Below, one piece after another: positions 1 to 13,000 of a stretch of 39,635 nucleotides of DNA. The DNA is from Adineta ricciae (lineage: Eukaryota), in NCBI GenBank assembly GCA_905250025.1, contig CAJNOJ010000052.1, positions 105,418-145,052 of the forward strand, given 5' to 3'. How positions within the stretch are numbered: the first letter of the stretch is position 1; each line of letters begins with the position of its first letter. Under the pieces are notes generated by a model. The model was given only the letters and a program-made list of their open reading frames with translations. It did no database searches and was not told the origin of the DNA. The position numbers and the translations under genes were made by a program.

Positions 1-308
1 TTTAACGAAAATACAAAGAAAATTCTTGTTTACCAGAGATATTTTTTTCGATAATATCCTTTTCTGTGCGTAATATCTCTTTCGCATTAACTGTTGCAAC
101 GCCTAGATCAACACATTCAGCGCCTTCTATGTCATCAGGTGGCTCAGCAACGACAATAAATCGAATACTAGAAAGAAACGTTTGTCAAACCATCAGGCGA
201 GATGTCTTCACTTACTCTCCCGATGTTTGCGGTCCAACCAATTCTGCAAGTTGTTGACGCTTCTTCTTATCCCGTATAGAATATCCTTTAAGAAAATGAT
301 TTCGCGCA

Positions 309-3300
309 TTAATTATTCCGAGTCAATACCGCACAGTACAAACCTGTTTGAAAGCCGAAATTATATTTGGAATTCGGTTCGCCTTTGATTAGTGATAATG
401 GCGTGTCTAATGCCTCTCTGTCATTCGAAAATTCGACGCTGACGAAAACTTTGTCGCGTTGATCATCATCAAAAATCGAACAATTTTCGTTCAACACGAG
501 ATGATGTACTCCGATAGTTACAACATCATCTTGTTTAGTCGAATTAGCAGATGTGGTACTGCGATAAATGATATCAGGATCAGATTCATCTACATAACGT
601 GTTGATTTTGTCGGATCAGGATCAATGTCAGACGATTCTAAATACACGATAATAGTTCAGAGTATATGTTATCTGACATATAAGATAAGTTTACCAGGTG
701 TCATTGTATGGTTTGTTTCATCTTCAATTGATTGTTCCTAAAAGTAAATATATAAAATAGGCAAGAATTGATATTTCAATTGACAAACCGCATTGGGAGG
801 ATGAGTTGATGGAGTTTCGTCGTGATGACCAAAACTAACTGAAATAGACAAACTATATATCGAGATATTTGTTATTCCGGCTGGTTTACCTCGTTTACTG
901 TCTGTACTTGCATTTGATGCAGTTCGAGGATGACGATGTCCATTTTGATTTGTGTCTCGTACAGGTCGCGAAACGCTGGACGCTGGTATACCAGAACTGC
1001 TTACTGGTGAATCTATAACAACGAAACAAATATCGAATGTCTTCTCTTTTGTCTTTAATTTACCTCGTTTTGGCTTCTGATCACTATCAGATCCCAACAC
1101 ATCTTGAGGTTTTAACTTCACTCTCATTTCCTTTTGCTTTTCTGCTAATGTTTTATGTCCAGACACGCTTTCATCTGGTAACAAAGCTAGTGGTTCGCGA
1201 TGATTTGCTGGTTCACCTTTTGAACGCTGACCGGGCGTACGTGTCGATATTGAGGGTGGTAAATACGTATATGTCCATTTGAGTGACACATCCATTGTAC
1301 CATTTCTCTCTCCCTGATCATTATGCAAATCAAATGTACCTCGAATTGCATTATCATGTGCCAATGATATCAATGGTATATCAGCGCGTGCGACATAACG
1401 ATCGTCCTTTTGATCCCGATCGTCAAAAACAAATATTGTTAATTGAGACTGTTTGAGATAACGGTCGAGATCGATGTCCATTTGAACAGGGTACTGTGTA
1501 CGATCATCAAAGTTTGGATTGTTCGATGACGGAATCGTTATTGTATCATGATCGAGAAAATCGTAGAATTTGTATACACAGTAAAGATCAGGCTGATGAT
1601 CTAGAAACGAATGAGCAAAAACGAAAATTGTCTCTCTGGAGAATAGATTGATGATATTACCAGAAGTCGCTGATTTGACATTTGAACAGTTTAGAATAGC
1701 AATTGTTAATTCGTTCATATTCGGATCAAGATCATGTCGTTGTTCGATATCATTCGATGTTTTTGTTGATTGACGACTTGTTGTCGCAAGATAACCTTGT
1801 GCTTTCATTTTCTCCTTCAATAAGCGGAAAGCTTGCTCCATAGGTACACGTAACCGAACCCAGTATTCTACCACACCAAATGCACCAATATCTAGATTGT
1901 TCTGATGCGATGCTATTAACTTTGCTGTTCCATGTAAGCGCCCTTGATTACCTAAATCAAACGAGATCGAATTTCAGCTGTAGCTTTCGCTCGACTTACC
2001 TTCGATGAGTTCTTTTAGGCCAAGTTTACATGCAGCGACTGTCTGAAATGATTGACCCACGGTTTGATGAAGTTCAATGAGTGTATATTCTTTCTGTAAG
2101 TAATATAGTAGAAAATCATCCACATTGACAATATATTGTGCGGTAAAATTGTATTCAGGTGTTCGTCCTTTGATAATTGGCGTCATTTGTAATTCGTGTT
2201 CAAAGAATTCAATCGAACAGAATGTTGATGGCTCATTATTTTTACCAAAATATTCCAAGGCACGTTCGTTAAATGATGCGCGACTGATATGAATTTCGAT
2301 AAGATTTTGACCGCGTTCAAGTTCAATCGCATCTTCGATCAGTTCATTTGTTAGATTACCATCGGCAGCTGGTTGTTCTTGGACACGGTATTGACGAGTA
2401 CCATAAGCAACGTCTTTCAACGATCTGTAAAGAAATCAATATGTGAATATTAAAAAATATTTTTAGAACGAGAGAACACACTTCTCCAATTTTCGAATAC
2501 GTTCAGCACGAATGTCCAATAGTTGACCACTTTCAAGCACACGTGCTGAATGTTCTGCTTGATTTTCTTCCATTTTTCTTTGAACACAATCGACCTAGGA
2601 AGCAATAGATTATCTTGAAGTCATTACAAAGAGCTATTGGATCCGTACTTCAAGTTTATAATCGCGATTAATTTTGTATTGCATAAGTAGTAAATTACGA
2701 GTCTTTTCTAGTTCATTGGTTGTTTCAGCTAATTGGCTTTCTAATTCAAGTATTCGCCGGTTCAGATCTATGAAAAACCCATCAGAACAGAATCGCCCAA
2801 TGATGTTCCTTACTTTGTCCTTTTTCATCATCAACTTTTTGAAGAAAATCGAAATTCGGTTCTTGCCGTTGTTTACGTTGCCGTAGTATGATCAAAGCTT
2901 CTTCAATTTCTCTCATATTGATATCTCCTTCCTGATATTAAACGAGTAAAAATAAAAGTGAAATCTTGATAAATAACTTACGCGTTCGAAGAATCGCATT
3001 TTTTCAGCCAGATCATCGTATTTCTCTTTCATTTCTAAATATTTCAAATGCATTGTTCGATGTTCTTCATCCGTGCGTTGATTTGAATCTGAAAAACGAA
3101 CACATTTCATGTTTCTCTATTCTGAAACGACTCTTTTTTTTCCTACTTTTCTCTAATGTTAATCTATCCAAAAGATTCCCTCGTTCGCCTAGATCCGCTT
3201 TGATTGTTGCTTCAAGTTGAGCTATTTGCAATCTTAACGCGCGTTCTTTTTCACGAAATTCTCGTTCACGATCGCTGTTGAATGCGGAATCGACAATTTT

Positions 3301-4781
3301 TCTATTCGCTTCTTTCAGCGCTTCGCATTCCCGACGAAAATCTTCAATTTGTAAATTGAGCTAGAAGAAAAAATTCTTCAAAACAGGAAAATCTATCGAC
3401 GACAAGACTATACCTCGTGAACAATTGTATTAGAACGTGAACCATTTCTTAATTCATTTCGTAGTTGTAATGCTCGTTGTTGTTCGTCTTTGATTTGTCG
3501 ATCGAGACGATCGATTTCTTTCAATAGTTCAGCATTGGTTACTTGTAATGAGCGATTTTGCTACAAGAAAATGATCATAGAGTCAATGAATGACCAGGAA
3601 AATACTTCAACAAACCGATTCAAAATTTGTACATTGAGTTTGTAAACGTCGTAATTCATCCGATTTATCACGTAGATCTCTTTGTAAGCGAATCATATCG
3701 ATGTTTTCTTGTAAATTCACGCGCGAATCACCGCCTGTTGCTTGTGATCGTAAACGTAAGAGATTTTGCTCATGATCATTATCACGTCGTGATAACTGTT
3801 GACGAAGATTTTCGACTTGCTGTTCATACGAGTTTAATTGTTGATGAGCTTTTTCCAATGATTCATTTCTATTCGAAAAAATTGCAAAAAATATTCGAAT
3901 TTTTTTTGTATCTAAACTCGATATTTACAATTGTTTATTGGTCGCTTGAGCCTCTTCTAACAATCCACTATTTACTCGTGGAGTAGTTCCAGATGTTCTA
4001 CAATACAATTCTACGCACTGAATTCAATTTAAAAGTATCTACCTGAAGGAATCCCGTGGGCCAACAACACGGATATTGTGAAGTAACGGTGATGGTATTC
4101 GTTTCGGTTGGCCCTATGAAATATACTTTTTTTAAGAATAATAAAGAATCGTTGCTTACTGTGTCAATTCTTGATGACACGCCATCGTAGGCTGAACTTG
4201 ATTTTTTCAATTGCGTGGCCTGTGCTTGTTGTTGAGCAACAGCCAAGCGCTGTTTCAAGAATTTATTTTGTTCGCGTAATTCGGAGATCTTATTTCGATA
4301 TTCAGCGAGTTGATTTTCGATTTCCGAATCACGAATAGTTGCTTTAGCACCTAGGCAAAACCAAGATGAGGTAAGAGATGTACTATAATCCGAGTTCTAT
4401 TTACCAAATGGAACAGCTTCACTTTTCTTTTTATCCTCGATAACTTTGGCTAAAGTGGTCGCTAATCTGAAATGAAAGTAAAGAAGTTGTAGAGAGAAAA
4501 GCGAATCTTGTCGTTGTATTCGAGTTTACTTTTTAATTTTATCCTCCTGCTTGCGCGCATGTTGTTTAAGAACTAAATGGTCATCATATAAACGCAAATA
4601 ACGATCTTGCAATTCAGCTGGATCCAATTTTGCAATCATTTGCCGTTCACTCGATACTCGTTTCGCTTGACCTACAATAGTCACATAGAATCCGATGCAA
4701 ACCAATTGCAGTTTTCTCACTACCTTGAGGTTGGTCAAGGCCAGTTGTCATACTTGTATCCCGTGCCGGAGTAAAATCCAT
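309..4781 (-). CDS. RPGRIP1L: RPGRIP1/RPGRIP1L-like ciliary transition-zone protein (N-terminal coiled-coil, central tandem C2, C-terminal RID-type C2). Multi-exon. The stop at 309-311 is the likely true C-terminus. The ATG at ~4781 is on the minus strand.
   Basis: Minus-strand ORF blocks show strong colinear similarity to the human RPGRIP1L sequence as I remember it. Block 4541-4680: '[29 protein letters not shown]' vs human '[30 protein letters not shown]'. Block 3180-3360: '[19 protein letters not shown]' vs 'LKVQIAQLETALKSDLTDK'. Block 2634-2834: '[23 protein letters not shown]' vs '[23 protein letters not shown]'. Block 1974-2420: '[10 protein letters not shown]...[20 protein letters not shown]' vs 'DIAYGTKQYK...[20 protein letters not shown]'. 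Block 738-1874: '[17 protein letters not shown]...[27 protein letters not shown]...DRYLKQ...[18 protein letters not shown]...[11 protein letters not shown]' vs the human C2 region. Block 309-647 is an RID-like C2 ('VFVSVEFS'). Exon 1 is 4781..4743 ([19 protein letters not shown], donor gtagtg). Exon 2 is 4680..4541 (acceptor ttgtag). Confidence 0.8.
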
Positions 4782-5688
4782 CACTATTCTACTTTTTTCT
4801 CTTCACAATGTATAGCAGTTTTCACATGAAAAGAAAAGAAGTATTTACGGCGAAACTTAATGAATCTTCAGTTTACAAATACGATCTACAAATAATCCGA
4901 ATAAGAATTTGTACAGCGTCTCGATGATAGTATACCATAGCAGCGTTTGCGATATGTTGCGTTACCAGGATGTGTTGCTCACGTCTGACAGAAAATGATC
5001 GGCTCATTCATAGATGGCAGCAGATTCCAATAGCAACACTATTGATAGTTTTATTTTCAAACAAAGAAAATCTAATGAGAGAAATCAGTTGAAAAGACGT
5101 CAGTAATTTGAGATTGTTTGTAAACAATTCGTCAATACAGATTTTGAATATCGGCTATTTCTTCGTACCAAATCGTATCTATACAATAATAGTATTACAG
5201 TTGACTAAGATTTGTAGGAGTTCGAATGAAGAACTCAATATTCCATTTAACGAGGTTAGTTAACGGCACAAAAGCATGAAAAATGAACCTGATAATCTTA
5301 ACGCAGGATCCACATCATCGTGTCAAGGATGCACGGAATGCGCGAGACGATCATAGAAACTTTTACGCAGTTGCGAAATTTTCGTTTTAGAAAACGCGGG
5401 ACACCAGCAATAGGTAATAAGCATGAGATTCAAATTAGGTTGCAAGAATAATCAAATATATTTTCAACGATCTGTGAGGATCTGATTTTTCTCGCCTATG
5501 ACGACGTGTATTCGAAGTAGAAAATAACAAAGACGATTATTAGCAAAACTGTCCGAGTAAGAAACGCACACACACACAATAAGGCAAAAAAAATACATTC
5601 AGAACTAATAAAGACAATCCTATGTGCAAAACAAAAGCGACCATCCGAGCATCTATGTAGACAAATAAGAGAGCAAAAAAGAAACTAA

Positions 5689-8600
5689 TTATTGTTCTGT
5701 TTTCGTAGTGGTCTCCGATGAAGAAGATGATGATGAATGTGAGCGTTCCTCGCTTTTTTCGATTGATGCCAATTGATGATTTGTATTCGATCCATTGGCC
5801 ATCGTTAAAGATGTTTCACGAAGTTCATCAAGAGGATTCATAAACGCATCATCAAGACCAGCCATTGTGATTAATTCACCCAAACTATAAACAGAAAGCA
5901 ACGTTTCATTTTGGTTTATTATAGGATCAAAGACACTATACCGTTTCGATCGAAGGAAATCGAGAAATTTTTGAAATTTTTGAAATGTATTTTCTACTAC
6001 TGCACAAAACTGATCTTGTTGTCGTTGTGCCAAATCATTTTTTGCTAAAATCTAATTGAACATAATTACGATGATAACTTCATTCATCTATTCTAAATCT
6101 CTACCTGTTGAAGCTGTTCTTCTAATTGTTTTTTCGCTTGACGTTCTTCTCGTAATTTATTCTCTAGTTTTTGTATGCGACTCTAGAAGAAAATCCCGAA
6201 CGAACAAAATGTCCCTTTCAAATCCTCTCAACAAATACGGTACAATTGTATTATCTTTGACTTGTGTTTGTTGTTGGAAATCTCCACCTGCGCCATAGAT
6301 GGATTCTTCGGAAGAATGAAAAGCACGCGTTGGTAATTTAGGTGGAAAGCCACTAATTGAACAAAAAAGAGTTGACAGATTATTTCAGAAAATAGATTAA
6401 TACACATTATCATACGGAAGACGACTTGCACGAGCAGCTGTTCTCCAAGGGATTCCATCACTTCGAGGTTCCGTGGAAACGGAACCAGTTGATTTACTTC
6501 GTTGTAATTTCGATGGATCAAATGGTGTCTTCAATTGAAAATGAACTGGACGATTTGTGCCTGCTGTTGTCGTTGTACGAGCTATTTTTGAACGTGGACG
6601 TCGAGGCGACTCAAGTTTTAACCATTTAAACTAAATTTCAATCATATCTGTATACGTATGAATCTTTTTCTTTCAATGAATACAAACTTCGCATAAGCGA
6701 TCATCTTCACAATTTACTAATAATTGTTCAATAAGTTTCTCCATGACATCTCGATCGACAAGTGGATTGTTACGAATATCGATGATATGTATGAGACTAT
6801 TATAGTTAGCAGCGTTCAAGAATTCTTTAGCACCGTTGGTCGATATTGCGCAATCTTGAAGATCGAGAGCTAAAACAAGTGAATAATATCGATTAAAACA
6901 TTTTGTTGTCACTAGACTAATGAAATACAACGTCTGCTAATCAATCAGAAAACAATGACTCATATGGGAGCAAAGTATCCGCTTTACGGTTCAATATCTC
7001 TTGTAATCGAATAGGAAAAAAATACAATTTACCTTTTATCCAAAGATCCGCTTCGATGACTTCTGCTAGAAATGTTGCACCACGGTCTGCGATTAATGGA
7101 TTTCTGTTTAATGTCACACGTCGTAGGCCAGACATGTGATCAAGCATTGGATTTTGATAGGGTAAACTTTCTTTTTGTTGGTGACGAAGGCTTTCTTTCC
7201 AAACATCCGTGTGACGTCGATTGCCTTGTTGCTAGAAAAATCCCCAAGCAATTCTCTACTTGATCGAACTTGACTTAATTTTTATCATCTTCTTCTTTTC
7301 TTTATAAACATAAAAAAAGAAAACATCGTTGGCTGATCTCACTTGTCATGCAATGAACTGTGCATGCAATGAGAAACTTTGAATAATAACTCCGATTTCT
7401 CTTTGTTTCTTATCCTTCTCTCTCCCTCACTCTTCATATCTATTGTATTTCTTCTTTCAATTCATTTCTTATCTAGCTTTAGTCACGATAATCAACAATC
7501 AAACGATGTCATTATTGCCAGCAGACTTACTCTTCTCCATGGATCGGGCAGCTGCTATCTTCAGTCTGCTATTTATTCTTGTAATTATATTAGTAGTTAT
7601 ACTTTTGTTATTCTACCATCAGCGAAATGCGAGTGTTTTCGATGAACATGAACTAATTAACGATCCTGACTTATCGGGTACAGAAAATAAAGCATTGCAC
7701 TCAATGAATATGAAGCAGTACGCATCGATTGATAAGAACCCGACGATGGTGATGGCGTCAACGGATATTGACGAGGAAATGAGTCGATCAACAACGAATT
7801 TAATATCCTCGAAATGATTCGAAGAAGAACATTTCTTTAAACACTACCTCGTGTGATTTTTGTTTTGTTTTGTTTTTTCGAATAGAGTTTCACAAACAAA
7901 CGAACGGTTTCTTACTCGAATTAAATCAGCTATGATATGTGCACCCTGGCTAGTCAATGAACAAGCCGAAAAGTCGACTTCGCGAATTTTTGATGCTTGA
8001 TTCAAATGTCGACAGAGTATGTCAAGTCCTTCATCACCAATGGGACTATTTGTCAAACGAAAGTGAACAAGGGATTTGCATTTTGCCAGACCCTATGAAA
8101 GAGAAAGTCAGTATGCGATTGATTACAACAATTTCACTCTACTTGAGCCAGAATTGTCAAATCTTTACGTCGAAATGGTAGACCATCGAATTCAAGTAAG
8201 ACGAGTTCTGTTGTGATTAAAAGACTATCTTTGATATGTGTGCAAAGTTTCGAGAGTAATTCTTTCGATTGAAACAAGGGTGGCCGTTTCGATGCAGATG
8301 AGGCTCGTTTCAATGTTCGTCGTTCGGCTACATTCAAGAGAAAATGTATTCGTATAGAGATTTCATTCTTAACCGACCTTCAGCAAAATTAGTTGATAAT
8401 GAGTTGTAATATTGACTTCGTAATGTGAGAGAACGAAGTGTTTTGCATGTACCAATAGCAGAACATAATGGTGTCCAATCATCAAAACTAATCAGAGAGA
8501 GAAGCTTTCATTGCACAGGAAAAGTGAAAGGAACTTTTGATATACCGCAGTGTGTCCGTGTCTAAATCGATAACGCCTGTATCGAGTTTAATTTTCACGC

Positions 8601-8703
8601 TTGATAGAGGTAATAAATGGCATTGACGACAATAATCATCGTATTTAGCACCAAAGTCACACGGAACATCGGATGTTGTTTTAGAAACTGGGTCGACGCG
8701 CAT
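5689..8703 (-). CDS. CEP78: CEP78 homolog (centrosomal protein 78 kDa): N-terminal RI-type leucine-rich repeats plus a C-terminal coiled-coil. Multi-exon, with the stop at 5689.
   Basis: Minus-strand blocks match the human CEP78 sequence as I remember it. Block 8488-8703: 'MRVDPVSKTTSDVPCDFGAKYDDYCRQCHLLPLSS..DTGVIDLDTDTL' vs '[39 protein letters not shown]'. Block 8134-8337: 'LPFRRKDLTILAQ' vs 'LILRERDLTILAK'. Block 7844-8056: 'MTNSPIGDEGLDILCRHLNQASKIREVDFSACSLTSQGAHIIADLIR' vs '[47 protein letters not shown]'. Block 6941-7147: 'MSGLRRVTLNRNPLIADRGATFLAEVIEADLWI' vs '[33 protein letters not shown]'. Block 6673-6930: 'LDLQDCAISTNGAKEFLNAANYNSLIHIIDIRNNPLVD' vs '[38 protein letters not shown]'. 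Around 6400-6480, in a frame other than the track ORF: 'GIPWRTAARASRLP' vs 'GFLPWRTAERAKRHRGFP'. Around 6100-6180 there is a coiled-coil ('ENKLREERQAKKQLEEQLQQ'). The last exon 5689-6033: 'VENTFQKFQKFLDFL...LGELITMAGLDD...SSSSSSETTTKTEQ*' vs 'IENSFQKFHAFLDLL...LGQLATMAGIDQ...SSSEKKTKTESH*'. Confidence 0.8.
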
Positions 8704-8997
8704 GATATTCTGAAAAAATGGACTTTTATTCAAGAAATGAACATTTCTTTGTTTCAATCATTGTGTTTTTTGCGGTTAACACTGACTGGCTGCATAGAAC
8801 AAGGCACCATTTTATCCATGTCGCTAAGTACATATCCTCCATGTTGTTCAACGAAATATTTCCAATATTTAAATAAAATATCTGTTTTATTCATTTCTTC
8901 GTACGGTGTTCGAGTCAAAATTAGCTCTTAGGTAAATTTCTTCTGGATAGATGTCGTACTTATTGCATTCTTCACTTCAAAATATCCAGTCCACATG

Positions 8998-9019
8998 TTT
9001 GCTTGCTTGCTTGCTTGCT
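8998..9019. repeat. (GCTT)n microsatellite, located between the CEP78 5' end and the TEP1 start
   Basis: gtttgcttgcttgcttgcttgct. Confidence 0.8.
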
Positions 9020-9323
9020 ATTTTGATCGTAAAAAACATATTGCAATCCTTTCGCAATAACGGTGAAAGAAAGAAAAACATCAAATATACTTTGCCTATT
9101 CTTGCACCATCGAATCTCAATACTGCAATATTCCTTCGCATTATGACTAAAGTTTCTCTCATTTCTGTTTGCCTTTCTTTCTTATGCTTGTGCAACGTTG
9201 TTATTATCTAACTTTGAGGTTGCATTAGACATACTTGCGCTTAAATACTCGAAACATTTTCTTATTCGGCTTATATTTTTCACTGTACTGACTTGTGTTC
9301 TTCAATAGTGAGCTAGAAGTAAC

Positions 9324-10055
9324 ATGGCCGATCAAAAGAAGCCATCCACGGCATCCTCATTATTGTCAACTACAAATTCGCTCTTGTCAACAAAGACTAC
9401 ATCGTTTCCTACGAGTAGCTCCTTATTACAAGGATCCAGTCTTTCATTTTCGTCATCATTGAATACAACAAGTTCTCTTCTATCGGGAAGTACGACTAGC
9501 AAACCAACAAGTCTTTTGACATCATCAACATTATTTAATAATGTTTCTAAGCCATCGACTTCAGCATTTTCGCTAAGTACTGCTCCCAAACTATCATCAT
9601 CACCATTCTCTTTGAGTACTCCATTAAAATCGACATCATCAATACTTTCCACTGTGAATGCACCTACAACTAGTAATACATTACTTTCATCGCTGAGCAC
9701 GAAAACTTCATCGTTATTCACAACTGAATCAAGCTCAAGTCGAAAACGTAAAGCTGAACCATTAGAATCAACATTCGCAACATCATCAGTAGTTCCAGAG
9801 GTTGCTAAAATTCCTGTGACATCAACTACGATAGCAAGCACGTCAAGCACTACATCAGTTTTGGATAACAATGAACGTAAATATAACTGTGAAAACATTC
9901 GACCCATTTCATCTGACAAAGTTCATCTCGGTGTCGATTTACATTGCCATATCCCTGCACCAAAACGTCCACGTATTGATCCATTCAGTTCAATTTATGC
10001 GAAACTTGAAAACACAGACAATGATGATTCGAACGTCGGAATAAAATCGATCAAG
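9324..10055 (+). CDS. TEP1: TEP1 exon 1: ATG plus an S/T-rich low-complexity N-terminal region. It has degenerate T/S-SSLLS repeats and an NLS-like 'SRKRKAEP'.
   Basis: ATG at 9324. The ORF is open to 10058. Donor aag|gtttga after K at 10055 (phase 0). The in-frame join to exon 2 yields TROVE-homologous sequence. Confidence 0.6.
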
Positions 10056-13000
10056 GTTTGATATCAATCATGAAAAACACATGCCTCTCTATTCTTCCTC
10101 GCTGTACTTTCTGTTTAGAAAAGTCTTTTAAATTCACTTGCGGATTCATTACTCAGCCAGCCTGATCTACGAAAAGCAACCGATCAAAAACGAGCGGAAC
10201 TTATTCGTTTATCACATTTAGTCGTTGATCAAGATCCCGAATTTATTCTTAAGGTAGTAAACATCATGGATCTATTGAATAGTAACTTTACGTCGTATTT
10301 GTTCTATTTAGGCTGCTCTATATACACGAAACCACTTGAATATACGTATAACGGCTAATTTTCTCGTTGCATATGCTGCCTTCACCGATCCCTGTCGAAT
10401 CTTTTTGAAGAAGTATTTTAAAGCGGTTGTTAATTTGCCATCAGATTGGATCGAAATCGCTGAGCTTTATCAAACGTTCTTCGACAAACGTATCCATTTT
10501 GGTTCATTACCATCAGCATTGCGTCGGGTTATGATACAAAAATTCCCCGATTTTGATAAGTATCAATTGGCTAAATACAATAAAGAAAAAGCTCGGTTGA
10601 AAAAAGTGAAAAAAGCCAACGCAGCGTCGGGCGCATCAGCCGCAACGACCACTTCTTTCCGAGGACGTGGCGGGGCGCGCGGCGGCCGAGGTCGTGGTGC
10701 AGCTCGTGGTGGTCGTGGGGCCAGACGCACAGCTTCAACAGATTCAAATATGAGCGTTGCATCGACTGACGCATCAGCAGCTGCGGCACCAGGAAAGGCA
10801 ATGTCTAAAATCAGCGAAGAAGATCGTGAAACACGACGAATGGCGTTTACATTAAAACGATTAATTCGTCAATTACATATCAGTGAACCGGTCGAGCATG
10901 TTTGGTGTTTACTTGGAAAACGATATCCCGAAACATCAGAGCTCTTCTACTTGTCACGTTTACCTGGTGTGTTCCAACCAGAACGTGCGAATAAACGTAT
11001 GAAATTGCCTACACCAGAAACGTAAGAAACTTTCTATTCTACGAGTCATTGTTGATTAAAAATCTCTCTTCGTTATTTTTCAATAGATGGGAAACACAAA
11101 TTAGTTTGAAAGGTAACAAAGCAGCAGTTTGGCAGCAATTGATCGATAACAAAAAGCTTCCATTCATGGCGATGTTGAGAAACTTACGAAATATGATCAA
11201 AGTTGGTAAGTACAACGGAGACAATTTCGAGTTTAACAGAACACGAAAATATACTCTCTTCCAATTTAGGTATCTCGGAAAAACATCACCAATGGGTTTT
11301 GAAAAAGCTTCAAGATGAAGGTGCCGTTACCTACAGCCGTCAATTTCCATTTCGCTTCTTTTCGGCGTACCAGATTCTCGATGAACTTGAGGAAGAATTT
11401 ACTAAATGGTGCCAAGCCAAAGACGCATGTGGATCAGCACCTGAAGGCAAAGCTCCAAAATTATCTCGTCAAGAAAAGGGCAAAAAGCGTGCTTTAACTC
11501 CTGCTGAAAAAGCCAAAAAACTAGCTGCAAAAGAAATGCCATATGATCTTGCATTGTTACAACGATACAGAAAAGCACTCGATGCTTCAGTAAAAATCGC
11601 TACCAAACATAATTGTCAACCAATCCCAGGCCGGACATTCGTCTTCTGTAATCTAAGTGATGCAATGTCACAACCATGTCAGGCAGCGAGAGGCTTAGGT
11701 AAACCACGAACACGTGCAGAAATCGGTCTTCTCATGGGTTTAATGTGTAAATCTGCGTGCGAATCAAGTCAACTGATCGTGTACAAAACCAAAGATAGTT
11801 TCAGCGAAATTGAACAAACACCACAGCAAACAATTCTGAATCAAATGACGAATATTTTATCAAACAACCCTTTACCAGCATCATCAGCTGCTGTTTGCAT
11901 CCCACCAGCATTTTTAACCAAAATGATCGCTGAAAAACAATGGTTTGATAATATGTATGTAATTATACGATAATTTGAATAGTAATCTGAGAGTTTCATT
12001 TGCATTTTAGTATCGTTGTTTCGGATGGACTGAAATCGGATACACCGGAGTCCGATTTTGTATATCGATTCCTTCAACTCTATCGATATTTGGTAAATTC
12101 AGAACTGATGTTTGTTAGCATCGATTTGAGTATCAGTCAATGCTCATTAACCAAATCCGACCGTTTCAATAATCGAAATGATATATTCTTAAGTGGTTTC
12201 TCTGATTCGATCTTACAATTCATCGCTGAACGTGGCAACGACGGACAACTGTTACATGTCGAAAATATTGATAATGCTCATAATCTAAATAAGATTGTCG
12301 ATACACGAACAGATCCTGAAAGTGATCAATCGAAGAACCATGAATCGAATTCATCTACGAAATCACCGACCACAACACTAGTACCACATTGGCGAACTGT
12401 CCGTGTCTTCATCTCATCAACATTCAAAGATATGCACGCCGAACGTGATCTTCTCACTCGCTACGTCTTTCCTGAACTACGCCAACGTGCTAAAAGTCTT
12501 TTTATTAATCTCTATCAAACAGATCTTCGATGGGGTATTGCAGAAAGTCAATCAAAACAATCGGTATTCTTGTGTTTAAATGAAGTCTACCGTAGTGATT
12601 ATTTTATTGGTTTAATTGGTGAACGGTATGGTTATCAACCAACATCCTACGATGTTCCCAAAGACGATCCCCGATTTGCCTGGCTAAAGAAAGTACCTCC
12701 AGGACATAGTATCACTGATTTAGAGATTCAGGCCGGCGCATATCATTCCACAACCATTAAACAAAGCCGAGCGTTCTTCTACTTTCGTGATCCAAAATTT
12801 CTGTCCAGTGTCCCTAAACCATGGTCAGATGATTTTCTCTCTGAAGACGAAAATTCCCGAGTGAAAATTAGTCAATTAAAGGAACACATTCGTACTAGTG
12901 GTTTCGAAACATTTGATGGATATCCATGCAGCTGGCAAGGTGTAGCAAACGATCGACCACTTGTAGCAAACCTCGAAGAATTCGCACAACGTGTTATCGA

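Noticed and set aside
66-388. Plus-strand ORFs 66-257 and 182-388
   Set aside because: They overlap the 3' end or 3'UTR of the minus-strand RPGRIP1L-like gene. They have no recognisable domain and are not supported by neighbouring exon logic.
9332-9919. 195-aa minus-strand ORF antisense to TEP1 exon 1
   Set aside because: It is the mirror image of a low-complexity S/T-rich coding repeat and yields a D/V/L/N-rich nonsense product. It has no start context and no recognisable homology, so I treat it as a compositional artefact.
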